64,000 nt of DNA, from the NCBI RefSeq assembly GCF_009914755.1, contig NC_060940.1. One strand, 5' to 3'. How positions within the stretch are numbered: the stretch's first letter is position 1; each line of letters begins with the position of its first letter. Both the position numbers and the translations under genes were made by a program. The notes under the pieces were generated by a model. It was not told where the DNA came from and did not search any database. It saw nothing but the letters and a program-made list of their open reading frames with translations. Below are positions 1-11,905 of this stretch, piece by piece. Source of the stretch: the human T2T-CHM13v2.0 reference genome, Homo sapiens.

Positions 1-76
1 GCGCAGGCGCAGTTTAGAACTGCGGAGAGGTGATGGCCGCGCAGGCGCAGTTTGGAACTGCGTAGAGGTGATGGCC
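1..76 (+). repeat. 38-bp CpG-rich tandem repeat (2 copies visible, probably truncated by the window edge)
   Basis: GCGCAGGCGCAGTTTRGAACTGCGKAGAGGTGATGGCC at 1-38 and 39-76, 2 mismatches. Confidence 0.9.
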
Positions 77-168
77 GCACAACATGTGATGCATTCAGTG
101 CCGCTGAGTTGTTCCCTTCTAAAATGGCTAATTTTCTGCTATGCGAATTTCATCTGAATTTTTAAAAG
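50..168 (+). mobile_element. L1M (L1MB-like) 3' UTR terminus
   Basis: GGAACT..AGAGGTGATGGCCGCACAAC..TAAAATGGCTAATTTT..GAATTTCA resembles the L1MB 3' end. Confidence 0.65.
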
Positions 169-1372
169 GCAGCAGCAACAATACACATGCACCCCATCCA
201 CGCAAACACCGCACATCTTCACAGATACACACACACGTGTGCACCACCTAACTTCCCAGCACCAGGGAGGAGGCTCCAGTTGTGGGGGGCCTGGTTTGGG
301 GACCTAGACCCACCTGATTTCCCAGACCCACTCCCATCGAAAGCTCAGAGATGGGTGGGGGGATACTTTCATCTTAGATCCTCCCAACCACCTGTGGTGG
401 GTTAAGGTCTCACCTGTGTGACAGCTGAGACAAGCCAGTTTGAGCAGAGACACTTGTATTTATTGTTCCGTCGTCAAGGTCCCCGGACCCCTGTCCTACC
501 CTCTGCACAACCCTCTAGCAAGCCTTCGATCCCCTTCTCAGGACTCATTAAGCTGCTGCCTTCTCCATTTCAGTGCCCTGGTTAGCAAGGGACATTCGCT
601 GGACTACACTGAAAGGAATAATTCCAATAGATCACAGACAGCGCAGCTTAACAGCGACATTGTTTAAATAGATAACTTATGATCCTGTGTTTTGAAATAG
701 AAGCTTTCTAAGTCCCGGTGGGATTTAAAGACTGGATTGCTCAGGGGCAATGCTGTCAGCTGAAGCAGGCAGGAAGGAGCAACATGGAGAGATGATTCAG
801 TCTTGGAGCCACACGGCCACCTCGCTGATCACGCACACCTGGTGGCATTTCTCTGCCTGTTGGTGCATTTTGCGGCTGACTGTTTGAAGACATAGGATGC
901 GGCTGTGGCCAGCATCATACACCCACCTTCTCACAATGCAGCCCACAAAGAGAAGCAGAGCCTGTGCAGACCTGGGAAAGCCAGACCAAGGTTCTTCCTC
1001 AGGCTGTTGCACAGGTTTAAGCTCAGGGGTACCCCAGCATGTGGACATGGTACAGATAAGAACCGTGAATGGCACTAGTCCAGTCAAGGATGGCCTGGAT
1101 GTTGATGATCGCCACGAAGCTACTGGACAACACGTCGCTCGTCTGCAAAGCCTGAGGCCAGTGTGGAAACCGAGGCATGGTCTCTGCTCTCCATTGAGGG
1201 CATCTGTGGGTCCACAGCTGGGCGCTGACCTCAGGACTGTCTGCTGCAGGCCATGGCTGTGCCCACCCAGGGGGTGCTGGGGCAGGTGGCCGGGTCCCAT
1301 CTGCTGAGCCGAAAGGTTAGGCCAGCGCCTAATTAAAATGACTCACGGTGAACAGGAAAAAGCACTTGGGGG

Positions 1373-1959
1373 TGATATGGTTTGGTCGTGTCCCCACCCA
1401 AATCTCATCTCAAATTGTAATCCCCATAATCCCCACGTGTGGAGGGAAGGACCTGGTGGGACGTGATTGGATCACGGGGGCGGTTTCCCCCAGGCTGTTC
1501 TCGTGATAGTGAGTGAGTTCTCCTGAGATCCGATGGTTTAAAATCCTGTGATAGTGAGTTCTCATGAGATCTGATGGTTTAAAATCTTGTGATAGTGAGT
1601 GAGTTCTCATGAGATCCGATGGTTTAAAATCTTGTGATAGTGAGTTCTCATGAGATCCGATGGTTTAAAATCTTGTTATAGTGAGTTCTCATGAGATCCA
1701 ATGGTTTAAAATCTCTGATAGTGAGTGAGTTCTCATGAGATCTGATGGTTTAAAAGTGCTTGGCAGTTTCCCCTGGGATTTTCTCTTTCCTGCCACCTTG
1801 TGAAGAAAGTCCTTGCTTCTTCTTTGCCTTCTGCCACGATTGTCAGTTTCCTGAGGCCTCCCCAGCCATGGAAACTGTGAGTCAATTAAACCTCTTTCCT
1901 TTATAAATTACCCAGTCTTGGGTAGTATCTTTATAGCAGTGTGAAAATGGACTAATACA
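1373..1959 (+). mobile_element. MaLR solo LTR (MSTA/THE1D-like) with internal tandem expansion
   Basis: TGATATGGTTTGG start, GGACTAATACA end, flanks GGGGG/GGGGT (near-TSD). Confidence 0.9.
1503..1755 (+). repeat. 41/45-bp minisatellite x6 inside the LTR
   Basis: GTGATAGTGAGT(GAGT)TCTCATGAGATCYGATGGTTTAAAATCYT repeated six times. Confidence 0.9.
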
Positions 1960-3104
1960 GGGGTTTGCTTCTTCCTCCCTCCTTCCCTTCTCTCCTCCCC
2001 TCCCTCCCCCTTCCCCCTTTCTTCCCTCCCTGCCTTTCTATTTCTTTTATTCACTCAGTCAGCAAAGGAAACTCCAGTGAGCAGGAGTTCCCTTATGCTA
2101 AGGGCTGAGAGAAACTTAGAGATGAATAAAAGATGAGCTCTGGCTCTGCCCTCTGGGGGCTTACACAAGTATGTTTGGCGAGGACCCTATCTCCATGCCA
2201 TCTCCTCGTCCCTCCCTCCCTCACTCATCTTGGTGCCAGGACCCAACCACCCAGCTGCCTGCAGAGCCGTACCAGGTGGGGCACAGCCAAGCCCAAATGC
2301 GGCTGCCCTGAGCCCTGAGTCCACGCCCTCAGCACCAGCCCGTGATCTAGCTCAGTCCCAAACTAGCTGGGCTGGAAAGAGGCCTCCAGGAACACTTTCA
2401 AGGGCTCCTTCCACATTTAGCAAATGGCTCTTTCAAGTCCAATGTTCTCGCTTGCTCAGCAGAATTCTGATTTTCTTGATTTATGCTGACAATCGCACAT
2501 TCTTTTATTGCTGTTTAAGCCCCTGAAAGCATGGGAGGGGAAAACGTGATGAGAATCTGTGGCCCACTGTCTCCCTCCTCGTCTCCCTCACCCACTCTGC
2601 CCCTCTGGAAAGTGCTTCTCTCTGAGTTCTGGTCCCTGCTCGGCTGACCACGGAGGAGTGGGAGCTGGCACTGGCATCTGTGCATAGCCCGTATTGACAC
2701 AGAAATGGCTGCATGGGAAGAAATTGGCCAGGCTTTCCAAAAACTGGGATGCAATTTCCCCCAACACGTTTTGGGGAACTTTGAACCCTGTCCCTGAGAA
2801 GATCTGGAGAGCAGGAGAGGTAGTCCAGGCCACACATGTCTGCTCCGGGCTTGGTTTTGGCCGGGAGTGGGGACAATCAAGGTCAGCTGGTGTCTGAGAT
2901 TGAGGGAGCACTTCGGTGTGGCCTGGTGTGGCACTCAGGGCCTGCTACCCCTGAGTGTGTGGCCTCAGGCAAGTGGCTTGCCCTCTCTGGGCCTTAGATT
3001 TCCTGTTATAAAGTGAGAGATTTGGATAAGCTTGGGAGCTCAGAAACCACTTAGCCATAGACCCCTGCTCACCGAGTACCATCAGAAGCCCATCCTCACA
3101 CATT

Positions 3105-3560
3105 GTCAGTGGGTGTCAGCATGGGTCTTCAGGAAGGAATGCCACGATGGAGTCAGGAATGTGAGCTATGTATTAGGGAGGTGGTGCTAGTGCACTGCAG
3201 AAAATGGAAGGGGAGCTGGAGGGCGCGGGCGAGCCTTCAGATTGCAATGCTGGTCCGACACCCGTGAGAGGAGAGGGGAAGGAAGGAGCATGCAGTAGCA
3301 AGAGCCTCAGCCTGCAGTGCATCTCAGAGGATGTCTCAGCCATGCTGACCGAGAGCCCCAGACTGAAGGTGCCCCATAGAGGATGCCCCTGCTAGGCAGA
3401 AATGGAGGGGCCCTGTGCTTCTGCCATGCTTGACCATTAGCTGCCCTGGAGACATGGGGCCTTGGCTGGAGAGCAGAGGTAGAGCCAGAGGGCACTGGAA
3501 GCTGGAGGCACCAGCCACCCTCACCCCACAGCAGGGTTTCTCCTGACATGAGGGACATCT
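3105..3560 (-). mobile_element. ERVL LTR33-like
   Basis: Reverse strand CCATTTCTGCC..CTGAGGCTCTT..CCTTCCTTCCCCTCTCCTCTCACGGGTGTCGGACC..CTGAAGGCTC matches recalled LTR33. Confidence 0.65.
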
Positions 3561-3599
3561 GAGCCATGTACCCCATGGGCTCTTGCCACAAGAATGTCA

Positions 3600-4230
3600 A
3601 ATCGGTCAACTTCTTTCAAAAGTGTTTGGACAGTATTTGCCAAAAACTTAAAAACAGAAGATTCTGCCAAATAAATTCCACTTCTAGGGATTTATCCAAT
3701 GGATCAATTCATGCCTCTGTACAAAGAGATAAACATTTTGTTACACCCTTGTTTGTAGTAACAAAAGATTGGAAACAACCAAAATGCCCAGTATTAGAAG
3801 ACAGATTAAATAAGTCATGGTATGTCCACATACTGGAATACCACGTCCCCACACTGGGGTACCATGTCCACACACTGGAGTACCATGTCCACACACTGGA
3901 GTACTACGTCCTATGCTGCCATGGTAAATAAAAAGGATGAGGCACCACCAAGCATACGGACAGGAATGAATTCCAGGTGAATTGCTGAGGAAAAGGGCAA
4001 AGCATTGGAGGCATCAATAGCAGGCTACCACTGAGTAAGGAAAGTGTGTCTTTTCTTTGCATCTGCTCAGATACAGAAAGAAAACATCAGAAGGACCCCT
4101 GAGACACTCACTCAGTGCTCTGGGGAGGGACTGGGAACTGGACTCCAGGGAAGAATTACTTTCCATTCATTGCCCTTCTGCTCCATTGACACTGCTGTTA
4201 TGTTTAACACACCTGTAGCTTGTTTTTTAA
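3600..4230 (+). mobile_element. L1ME-like 3' fragment with internal 21-bp x4 tandem (3820-3910)
   Basis: AATTCCACTTCTAGGGATTTATCC, TGGAAACAACCAAAATGCCCA; CCATGTCCACACACTGGAGTA repeats. Confidence 0.7.
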
Positions 4231-4369
4231 AATCCTCATGCAGATGCTCAGCCTTTAAATCAACATCTGAATCTGATACCTTGGTGCCCCCTTATAGTAA
4301 TTGTTGGTGCCCCCTCTTCATCCCCTGATGTGCCTCACAAAAGACCATTTACTGTGAATCCCTGTGGCT

Positions 4370-4671
4370 CTAACAGAATCAGCCCACTGCCAGTAGCAGA
4401 CAGAGGATTTGATGTATAAATATCCCAGCTCCCTCACTCATTCACTGAGATAACTGAGGCCAGCTCTACGCTGACCCCCAGAGGTCCACAGTGGTACTGA
4501 ACCCCAGGTGCCCGGGGCAGTGGCTGCCTATGAACTAAAGCTCTGCTGCTGTTCCCCTTCCCTGTCCTGCCTCCCCACTCCCTTGGGGGTTTCCTTGGGT
4601 CACCTCCCAAATAAACAGCTTGCCCATGACTCCTTGTCTCTGGGTATGCTTCTGAGGAGCCCAAACTAAGA
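4370..4671 (+). mobile_element. ERVL LTR16-family LTR
   Basis: TATAAATATCCCAGCTCCCTC..TCACCTCCCAAATAAAC..CCCAAACTAAGAC. Confidence 0.7.
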
Positions 4672-5904
4672 CCCAACAGAGGCCACCAAACTCCCAGGAA
4701 TTCTGCGATAGCACAAAGCCCAGCCTGAAGAACACTGGGCTGGAAATTGATTTCCTCTAAGGCCTTTTCCAGTTCCGACCTCCCGTGCCACCAGGCAGAT
4801 TGTCTCTTTTCTGGATAGTTTCTAACTAACACCAGGATTATGGTTAAGTGCAAAGAGAAGTGTATGAGACACAGATGAGTCTCTTACATAAAATAAATGA
4901 AGTAGAAGGACTTCCAGGGCCCAGCGGCCCCAAGTAAGCCTGTTCTCTGGAGAACTGGACGTAGAAAGGGGGGGTCCCCACATTATTGGAACCCTGAGCC
5001 CTGCAGGTGCTGCTTGGTCAGCAGCCAGGCTTAGGAGCGGGAGGCGGCAGAGTCCTATGCGTGTTGAAAAGTAAAGGTGCCAACAATATTCAGACCCATG
5101 GAAGATTCCTCCTCTCTGTTGTGGGGTAAATTATGTCCCCTCAAAAAGATATGATGGTATCCTGACTCTGGATCCTCAGAATGTGACCTAATTTGACAAC
5201 AGTCTTTGCAGAGGTGATCAAGTTAAAATGAGATCAGCAGAGTGGCCCTATTTAATATGGGGCCCTTTTGACTTAATCGGATCAGCATCTTCCTAGCTGT
5301 GTGCTTAGGCAGAGGCAGGACTTGAAGAGATACACAGAAATAATCTCCACCCCGCTCTCCTTTCTACCTTACCCCATCCCTATCTCTCCCTTTCTGTTTC
5401 TCTTCCTCCCTACCACCCATTCCCACTCCCACCCCACCCCAATTGTATACCATGAGGATTTGAGGAGTAGAATTGCTGGAACCCTAAGACAAGAGTCTGG
5501 AACTATGGGACACCCAGCAGAGGCTGAGGAAGAAGCCCATGCCCTGGAAGGCAGAGTGAGGAGACTCAGCAATGATGTTTTGTGGCTTCTTAGAACCCCT
5601 GGATCAAGTCTTGCCTGAAGTCAGCACCTCCAAACTGTCCAGTTAGATAAGGTAATAATTTATTTTACTTCAGAAACCAATTCAGGGCTTGTTTTCTATC
5701 ATCTGAAACTGAATGACTCCCAAGTGAAATAACATTCCGTCTTAGGAAAAAATGAAATAGCCAAACAGAGGGATCGTGGTCATGTTTGATGTTTTCTTCA
5801 TCCCTAGAGGCCAGGTCTATAGGCACTTTTAAGACCACGTCAGAGAACGATGACTCTCTCCCCACCTCATGAGGGCTTCTTTGGTCAAGGTTAAGAAGGA
5901 ATCT

Positions 5905-6700
5905 CATGGGGATGCAAGACGGTGCAGCTGCTGTGAATAACAGTCTAACGGTTCCTTAAACACTTCAACCTAGTTACCCTATGACCCAGCAATTCCACTG
6001 CAAGGAATATCCCCAAGAGAAATGAAAACATATGTCCACACAAACACTTAAACACAAATGTCCACAGTAGCATTATTCATAATAGCTAAAAGGTGAAAAC
6101 AACCCAAATGTCCCTCAAGATAAATGGATACACATGATGTGATCTGTCCATATAATGGATTATTATTTGGCCATAAAAAGGAGGGAAACACTGGCATATG
6201 CTGCAACAGGGATGAGCCCGGAGGACGTGATGCTGAGCAACAGAGGCCAGTCACAAAGGACCCAATATTCTACGATCATATATAGAAAAGATTAGATGAC
6301 AGTTCATATGCTTCCATTTCTATGAAATGTTCAGAAAAGACAAATCCGTAGAGACAGAAAGTAGACTCGTGGTTGACAGGGGCTGGAGGAAAGAGGAATG
6401 GAGCTGACTACTGATGGGTACAGGGTTTCTGCTTAGGGTGATGAAAATGTTCTCAGGCTAGCTGGGCTCAGAGGCTCACGCCTGTAATCCTAGCACTCTG
6501 CAAGGCCGAGGCAGAAGGATTGCTTGAGCCTAGGAGTTGGATACTGGCCTGGGTGACACAGTGAGCCCTCATCTCTAAAATAAAATTTAAAAAAAAAGGA
6601 AAATGTTCTAAAGCTGACTGTGGTGATGGCTGCCTACCTGAGATTATGCTAGAAACCACTGAATTGTACACATTAAATGGGTGAGTCGTACGGTATGTAT
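5905..6700 (+). mobile_element. L1MB 3' end, interrupted by an Alu monomer
   Basis: TATGACCCAGCAATTCCACT, CCAAATGTCC, AAATCCGTAGAGACAGAAAGTAGA, CACTGAATTGTACAC. Confidence 0.85.
6460..6598 (+). mobile_element. Alu monomer (FLAM) with 17-bp TSD
   Basis: Single arm plus A-tail; TSD GAAAATGTTCTCAGGCT (6443-6459) / GAAAATGTTCTAAAGCT (6599-6615). Confidence 0.85.
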
Positions 6701-7564
6701 AGAGGTAGCCACAGTGTCAATATGCAGTGCATGTCAATCTCGTGTGGAATGGAAGAGGAGCTGCATGCCCACTTCACAGCTCAGAACCTCGAGGCTTAGC
6801 GACATTAAGTAACTCAGCCAAGGTCCCTTGACCCGTGGCAGTGACAGGCCAGGGCTGGAGCTCAGAGCTGCCAGATGCCAGTCTAACCTGGGAGCTGGTG
6901 CCTCTGTCACCCAGGGCAGGTGTCTGGGAAGCTGAGCGTTGCATTCCCTGCGGAATCACTTGACGACAATGTGGAATGTTACATGGATAGGTAAAAAGTC
7001 ACAACAACATGATTTTACTCAGAAGACTTACGACTCTGAAACAACTTTTATTCCTCAGTTGAGCCTGTGCACGGCTTTTCTTTACACAAATCAATGGCCA
7101 GAAGTTTTGGTTAAGGAAAAGCCCATTACACTTCAAATGAATACATTTTATTTTCAAGAAACTCCAAAGGACAGTAAAGTAATTCGCTCAGGTCAGACTT
7201 ATTTCCATCTTATCTTCAGCATCTCAGCATTTCTTCTTTTTCTTCTTCTTCTTTTTACCCCAGATACGTCACATGGAAGAAACAGATTATAGTATTTATG
7301 GCACACAAGCCTCTGTTTATTTCTCAATGTAGTTATGGTTTAACATACATTTACACCTGCTTGCGAAAGTTTGCTTCCCCTGGTGTCCAAATGCCTGAGA
7401 AGAGAGGGACAAACTGTCTATTCGAAGCTGAGAATGTCAAAGAATGAATCATTGTCACGAGTGGAGTCCAGAACGCACAAAAGATGAAACTTCGCTAAAC
7501 AGTCCTGGCCTCAATGCCAGAGAGCACATCCCAAAGACGGGGACGCTCGCTCGCTCTGGCTGTG

Positions 7565-8280
7565 GCTCTGGCTTTCTCTGGTCTCTATCTCTCTCTCTGT
7601 TTCTCTGTCTCTCTGTTTGCTATCTCTCTCTCTTGTCTCTGTTTCTCTCTGTGGTCTCTCTCTCCGTGACTCTCGTATCTCTGTCTCTCTCTTTCTGGCC
7701 TGTCTCTCTGTCTCTCTGGTCTCTCTCTGGTCTCTTCCTGTCTGTCTCTCACTCTCTCTGATCTGTCTCTGTCTCTGTCTCTCTCTAGTATCTCTCTGCC
7801 CCTCTCTGGTCTCTCTCTCTGTCTCACTGGTCTCTTTCTGTCTCTGTTTCTCTCTGATCTGTCTCTGTCCCTCTCTCTCTCTGGTCTCTCTGTCTCTCTG
7901 GTCTCTTTTTGTCTCTTTCTCTCTCTCTGTTTCTCTGTCTCTCTGTGTGTCTCTGTCTCTCTCTCTGTCTTTCTGTGTCCATCCCTCCCTGTCTCTGTCT
8001 CTCTCTCTCTCTCTCTCTGTCTTGCTCTCTCTGTGACCATCCCTCCCTGTCCCTCTCTCTCTGTGTCCATCCCTCCCTGTCCCTGTCTCTGTCTCTCTGT
8101 TTTTCTGTCTCTGTTTTCTCCTGGTTTCTCTCTCTGTCTGTCTCTGGTCTCTCCCTGTCTCTGTCTGTCTCTCACACTCTCTCATTCTCACTCTCACACA
8201 CTCTCTCACTCTCTCACACTCACACACTCTCACACTCTCACACACTCTCACACACTCTGTCTCTCACACTCACACACACG
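7565..8280. repeat. CT/CTGT-rich low-complexity tract grading into CA/CT
   Basis: Direct reading; source of the ER/SL-rich ORFs. Confidence 0.95.
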
Positions 8281-8599
8281 TAGACAACAAAGACTCTACT
8301 GTCTTAACTTGCAATGGGTTTTCCCCTAATTTCATAGAACGTTCCCATTTATTTCCTGTCCTTGGGAAAGGGAAATCTCTAAATCCTTTTGGGGTTTCTC
8401 ATTAAGATCCTGACAAATGAGAGAGAAAGAAGAACTTGAAGCCCACCACATCACCAAATATGGGATACAAATGTGCCCTTTCCCCGCCTGCGTTCCCCAC
8501 AAGTCATGACCACAGAACTACCTAAGGGCCCCCAGGGGGCTGTTCCTCATGGCCCATCTCACCCAGCTCCCAACAAATGCTAAATTGGCTGGTGTGACC

Positions 8600-9250
8600 A
8601 CACAGACTTCCCGATGAAACCCAAGATGCAAACGGGTTAACCTTTAAAAACAATACCGGGCTTTCTTAAACGCCGGCCTGACCCGTCCCCACCGCTCCTG
8701 CATCAGCCGTGATTGACAGGGCCCCTGGGACCCTCAGGGTGAGGCCTCTGGTAGGCCCTGACCTTTCCTGGGGTTTAGAGGCCCCCAGCAGATTATCTGT
8801 ATGGTCCAGTGGGGACCTATCTTTCAGCTTTTCCTGTCAAGAATTCCTGCCTCCTGCTTGGGACACAGCGAAGGGGGTTGACAAGCGAGACACCCTGTCC
8901 CCCTTGGAGCTGCCTGAAAGTCACTCGTTCTGAGCCAGCCTCCATCTGTCCGACAGGCACACAGAGCGCCGCCAGGCACGGCCCTCATTCTTCACCCCGA
9001 GCTCCCGCAAGGTCGGCGAGGAGGCTGGAGCAGCGGGTAGGAAGCGGGCCGAGGCTCCCCCGACGCTGGGCCGCAACTGTCATCGCAGATCCCTGAAAAA
9101 CGAGCTCTGTAATCGTTGCCGTCAGCGGGTGTACAATTGCAGCCTTATGTTTCCTGCCGCTGTTTACCTTCCTGAGCGGCGCCCAGAGATGCACACACGC
9201 TGCCCTGAAGCGGGACGTGACCTCTGGGCACCTGTGAGGTCCTGGGTGAG
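8600..9250. promoter_or_regulatory. Candidate enhancer / CpG-enriched element
   Basis: Repeat-free; TGATTGACAG 8710-8719, AACAAT 8649-8654, TGTTTAC ~9161, retained CpGs 8950-9220. Confidence 0.4.
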
Positions 9251-9589
9251 ACTTCATGGGACACTCACGGCCATGGGGGGTAGCTCTTAGTGCCACCCTA
9301 CAGATGGGGAAACCGAGGCCCGAGAGGCCGAGCAGCAGGTCAGAGTCTCAGAGGCAGTGAGTAGCTTCCCTGAGACTCCAATCTAAGCAACTCAGCTCCC
9401 GATTGCAGGTTCCGTCCCAGTCTCGTGTCCCCAAAGGAGCCCCATTGTTCTCTTGAGATGTTTTCATGGCAACAACAAAGAGCGTGGGGATGGCCTGACA
9501 CCTGCAGAAAGGCCCGGAAGTGGACGGGCTCTCCTGCCTGTGCATGGCCTGCTAGACTCAGGTGTCTCCTTCCTCCCAGGCCCGCCAGC

Positions 9590-9980
9590 CAAGTTCCTGT
9601 CTTCAGTCACACACGTGCGCCTGCCACAGGGCCTTTGCACAGACTAGGTCACCTGCCTGGAGTGTGGCCAGGCTCATCCCTTTCACTCAGGTCCTCAGAG
9701 AGGCCTTCCCCACCTGCCCGGGCCAAGCCATAGCTGCCCTGCTTCCCTCACGTCCATCTCACCTTGCTGAGCTTCGCCAAGCACTAAGGACTGTTCAGTC
9801 GTGTGTTTACTTCTTTATGCAGCCTTTCCTCTACTTGGTTATAAGTTTAATAAAGGAAGGAGTATCCATATATTTCATCCACCGATGTAGACCCAGACCC
9901 TAGAACAGTGAGTAGCTACTCACTGTTCTAGGCACGAAGTAGGAGCCCAAGAGGTATTTGATGGACAAGTGGACTAATGA
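9590..9980 (+). mobile_element. L2 3' fragments; tail contains a 34-bp palindrome
   Basis: CACAGGGCCTTTGCACA; CCTAGAACAGTG..GGCACGAAGTAGG..TATTTGATG. Confidence 0.6.
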
Positions 9981-10759
9981 GGAAATGGGGATGTGTAGCC
10001 TGTGTCCCCTTTACCTTCATGTGGTGAGCAGCTTTTGCAAAGGCTTCCCGGCTCACGATGGAGTTTCCTAACTGCCAGGCTCACCCCTCTGTCCCTCAAC
10101 TCCCACCCTAAAGCCTTCTTCTACAATGTGCCTGACACCCTCACACACAGCTGATGGGCTCCAGGGAGCAGCCTGACCCAAACGGAGATCAGCATCCCCC
10201 ACCCAGGGAACTTGAACTTGGGACCGAGAGAGAGAATGCAAGCTGCGTTAGGTTGCTAGGTACGCACACTGCTGGGAAAATGTTTCCCAGACACAGACGA
10301 CATGGGTGGAGGGGAGAGGAACCATGAAGAACAGCATGAGGAGACTGAGAGAAGAGAGACCAAGAGAGAAAGGAGAAAGAGAAGAAGAGAGAGGAAAAAG
10401 AGAAGAAGGGAGGGACAGTGGGAGGAAAAGAGACAGAATTCCTGCACCTTCCTGGGGCCTTGTGCCATCCCTCTCCAAGATTCAGCTCCATCCCTGTATC
10501 CTTATAAATTCCCCAATTGTCACCTGAGCCAGAACCAGGGTGTCTGTGCTGCTTGCCAACAAGAGCCGAACTCATCCCCCACCAGCCGGCCTCCCTTCTT
10601 GTGCACCCCTCACAATGCGGGTGTGCTGGGCCACGTGCAGGGAGGGAGACAAGGATGTCGCGAGGAAGACCCTGACCTCCGTGTGTGCAAGGAAACCTGC
10701 CTTGCACACGTGTCATTCAAGATGCCTACATCATGTGGAGCCAACAGCCTGTCCATTGA

Positions 10760-11200
10760 TCCAACAGCATCTTTTGAATAGCTCCCCTGCACCGGCCTCA
10801 TGCTCAGGAGCTGATGCTGAACAGACCAACATGACTCAGCCCTTGTGGTGCTCACGTTCTGTTGGTAAGAAAGTGACTTCATAAAGCTGAAAAGTAAAAG
10901 TCAATTATTATGCTGTAAGTGACAGGAGTTAAGTGGCAGGACTGCCCAGGGGTAGGGAAGGGGTTGTAACTTTCAGTAGGGCACTCAGGGCAGGTGTCAC
11001 TGAAAGGCGGCGTTTGAATGGAAGTGTGAAGGAGGTGAGGGAGGGCACATTCCAGGTGGCTCCAGCAAGTGCAAAGGCCCTGGGGCAGGAACTGCCTGTG
11101 TGAGGCACTGAGCCCCAGCCGTGTGGCTGGTTGGGGGGTGGTGCATGAGGGAGAGACTCAGGAAGGAACCAGGCCAGACAGGCAGCAGGGGACACATGGG
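10760..11200 (-). mobile_element. L2 fragment
   Basis: CATTCCAGG..AGTGCAAAGGCCCTGGGGCAGGAA antisense L2 motif. Confidence 0.6.
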
Positions 11201-11419
11201 GAGGCCCTCGCCAGCCATACATGTGATTTATTTTGGCCTCACAGAATCTTGGAAGGTAAAAGATGAAGAACAAAGACTCACAGAGGTCGAGTGAATTCCT
11301 GAAGGTCACACGGCTACTATGCGGGAGGTCTGAGGCTCCAACAGGCACAAAACATCCACTGGCTCCTTCTCCTTCAGCCTGAGCGAGCCCAGCCAGCTGC
11401 TAAGTCATAAGTGATTGTT

Positions 11420-11632
11420 AGGAAGTGGTGGCTGTCCATAGCGGTGGCACCATTTGGCCCTCACCAGCTGTGAACCTGGGCTCCAGTTCCCCCACATCCT
11501 CACCAGCACTGGTGATTTTCCATTCCCGGATGACAGCCATCCTGGTTGGTGTGAGGTGGCATCTCCTTGTGGTTTTGATTTGCGTTTTCCCCAACAACTT
11601 GTGACGGTGAGCATCTTTTCATGTGCTCGTTG
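11420..11632 (-). mobile_element. L1M ORF2-end fragment (antisense)
   Basis: CCACATCCTCACCAGCACT..GGTTTTGATTTGCGTTTTCC..GAGCATCTTTTCATGTGCTCGTTGG. Confidence 0.8.
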
Positions 11633-11905
11633 GACACAAAAGGCCGCAGAGCACACGATTCCGCTTCCATGAAATGTCCAGAAAAGGCAAACCCATAGAG
11701 ACAGGAGGTGGACGTGCGGTTGACAGGGGCTGGGGTGAGGGCCCATGGGGAGGGACTATGAACGGGTGCAGAGTTTCCTCTGCAGGTGGTAAAAATGTTC
11801 TGGAGTTGGCGGTGATGGTTGCCCTGCATTGTGAATGTAAATGCCACTGCATTGCACACTTCGAAATGGTTAAAATGGTGACTTGTATGTGAGGTGTACT
11901 TTACT
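11633..11905 (+). mobile_element. L1MB 3' UTR terminus (sense)
   Basis: ATGAAATGTCCAGAAAAGGCAAACCCATAGAGACAG..AAAATGTTCTGGA..AAATGGTTAAAATGGTGA. Confidence 0.8.

Noticed and set aside
797-1307. Overlapping 167/136-aa ORFs
   Set aside because: No recognisable domain or exon structure; expected by chance in GC-rich DNA
7444-8329. Arg/Glu- and Ser/Leu-rich ORFs
   Set aside because: CT/GA low-complexity artefact
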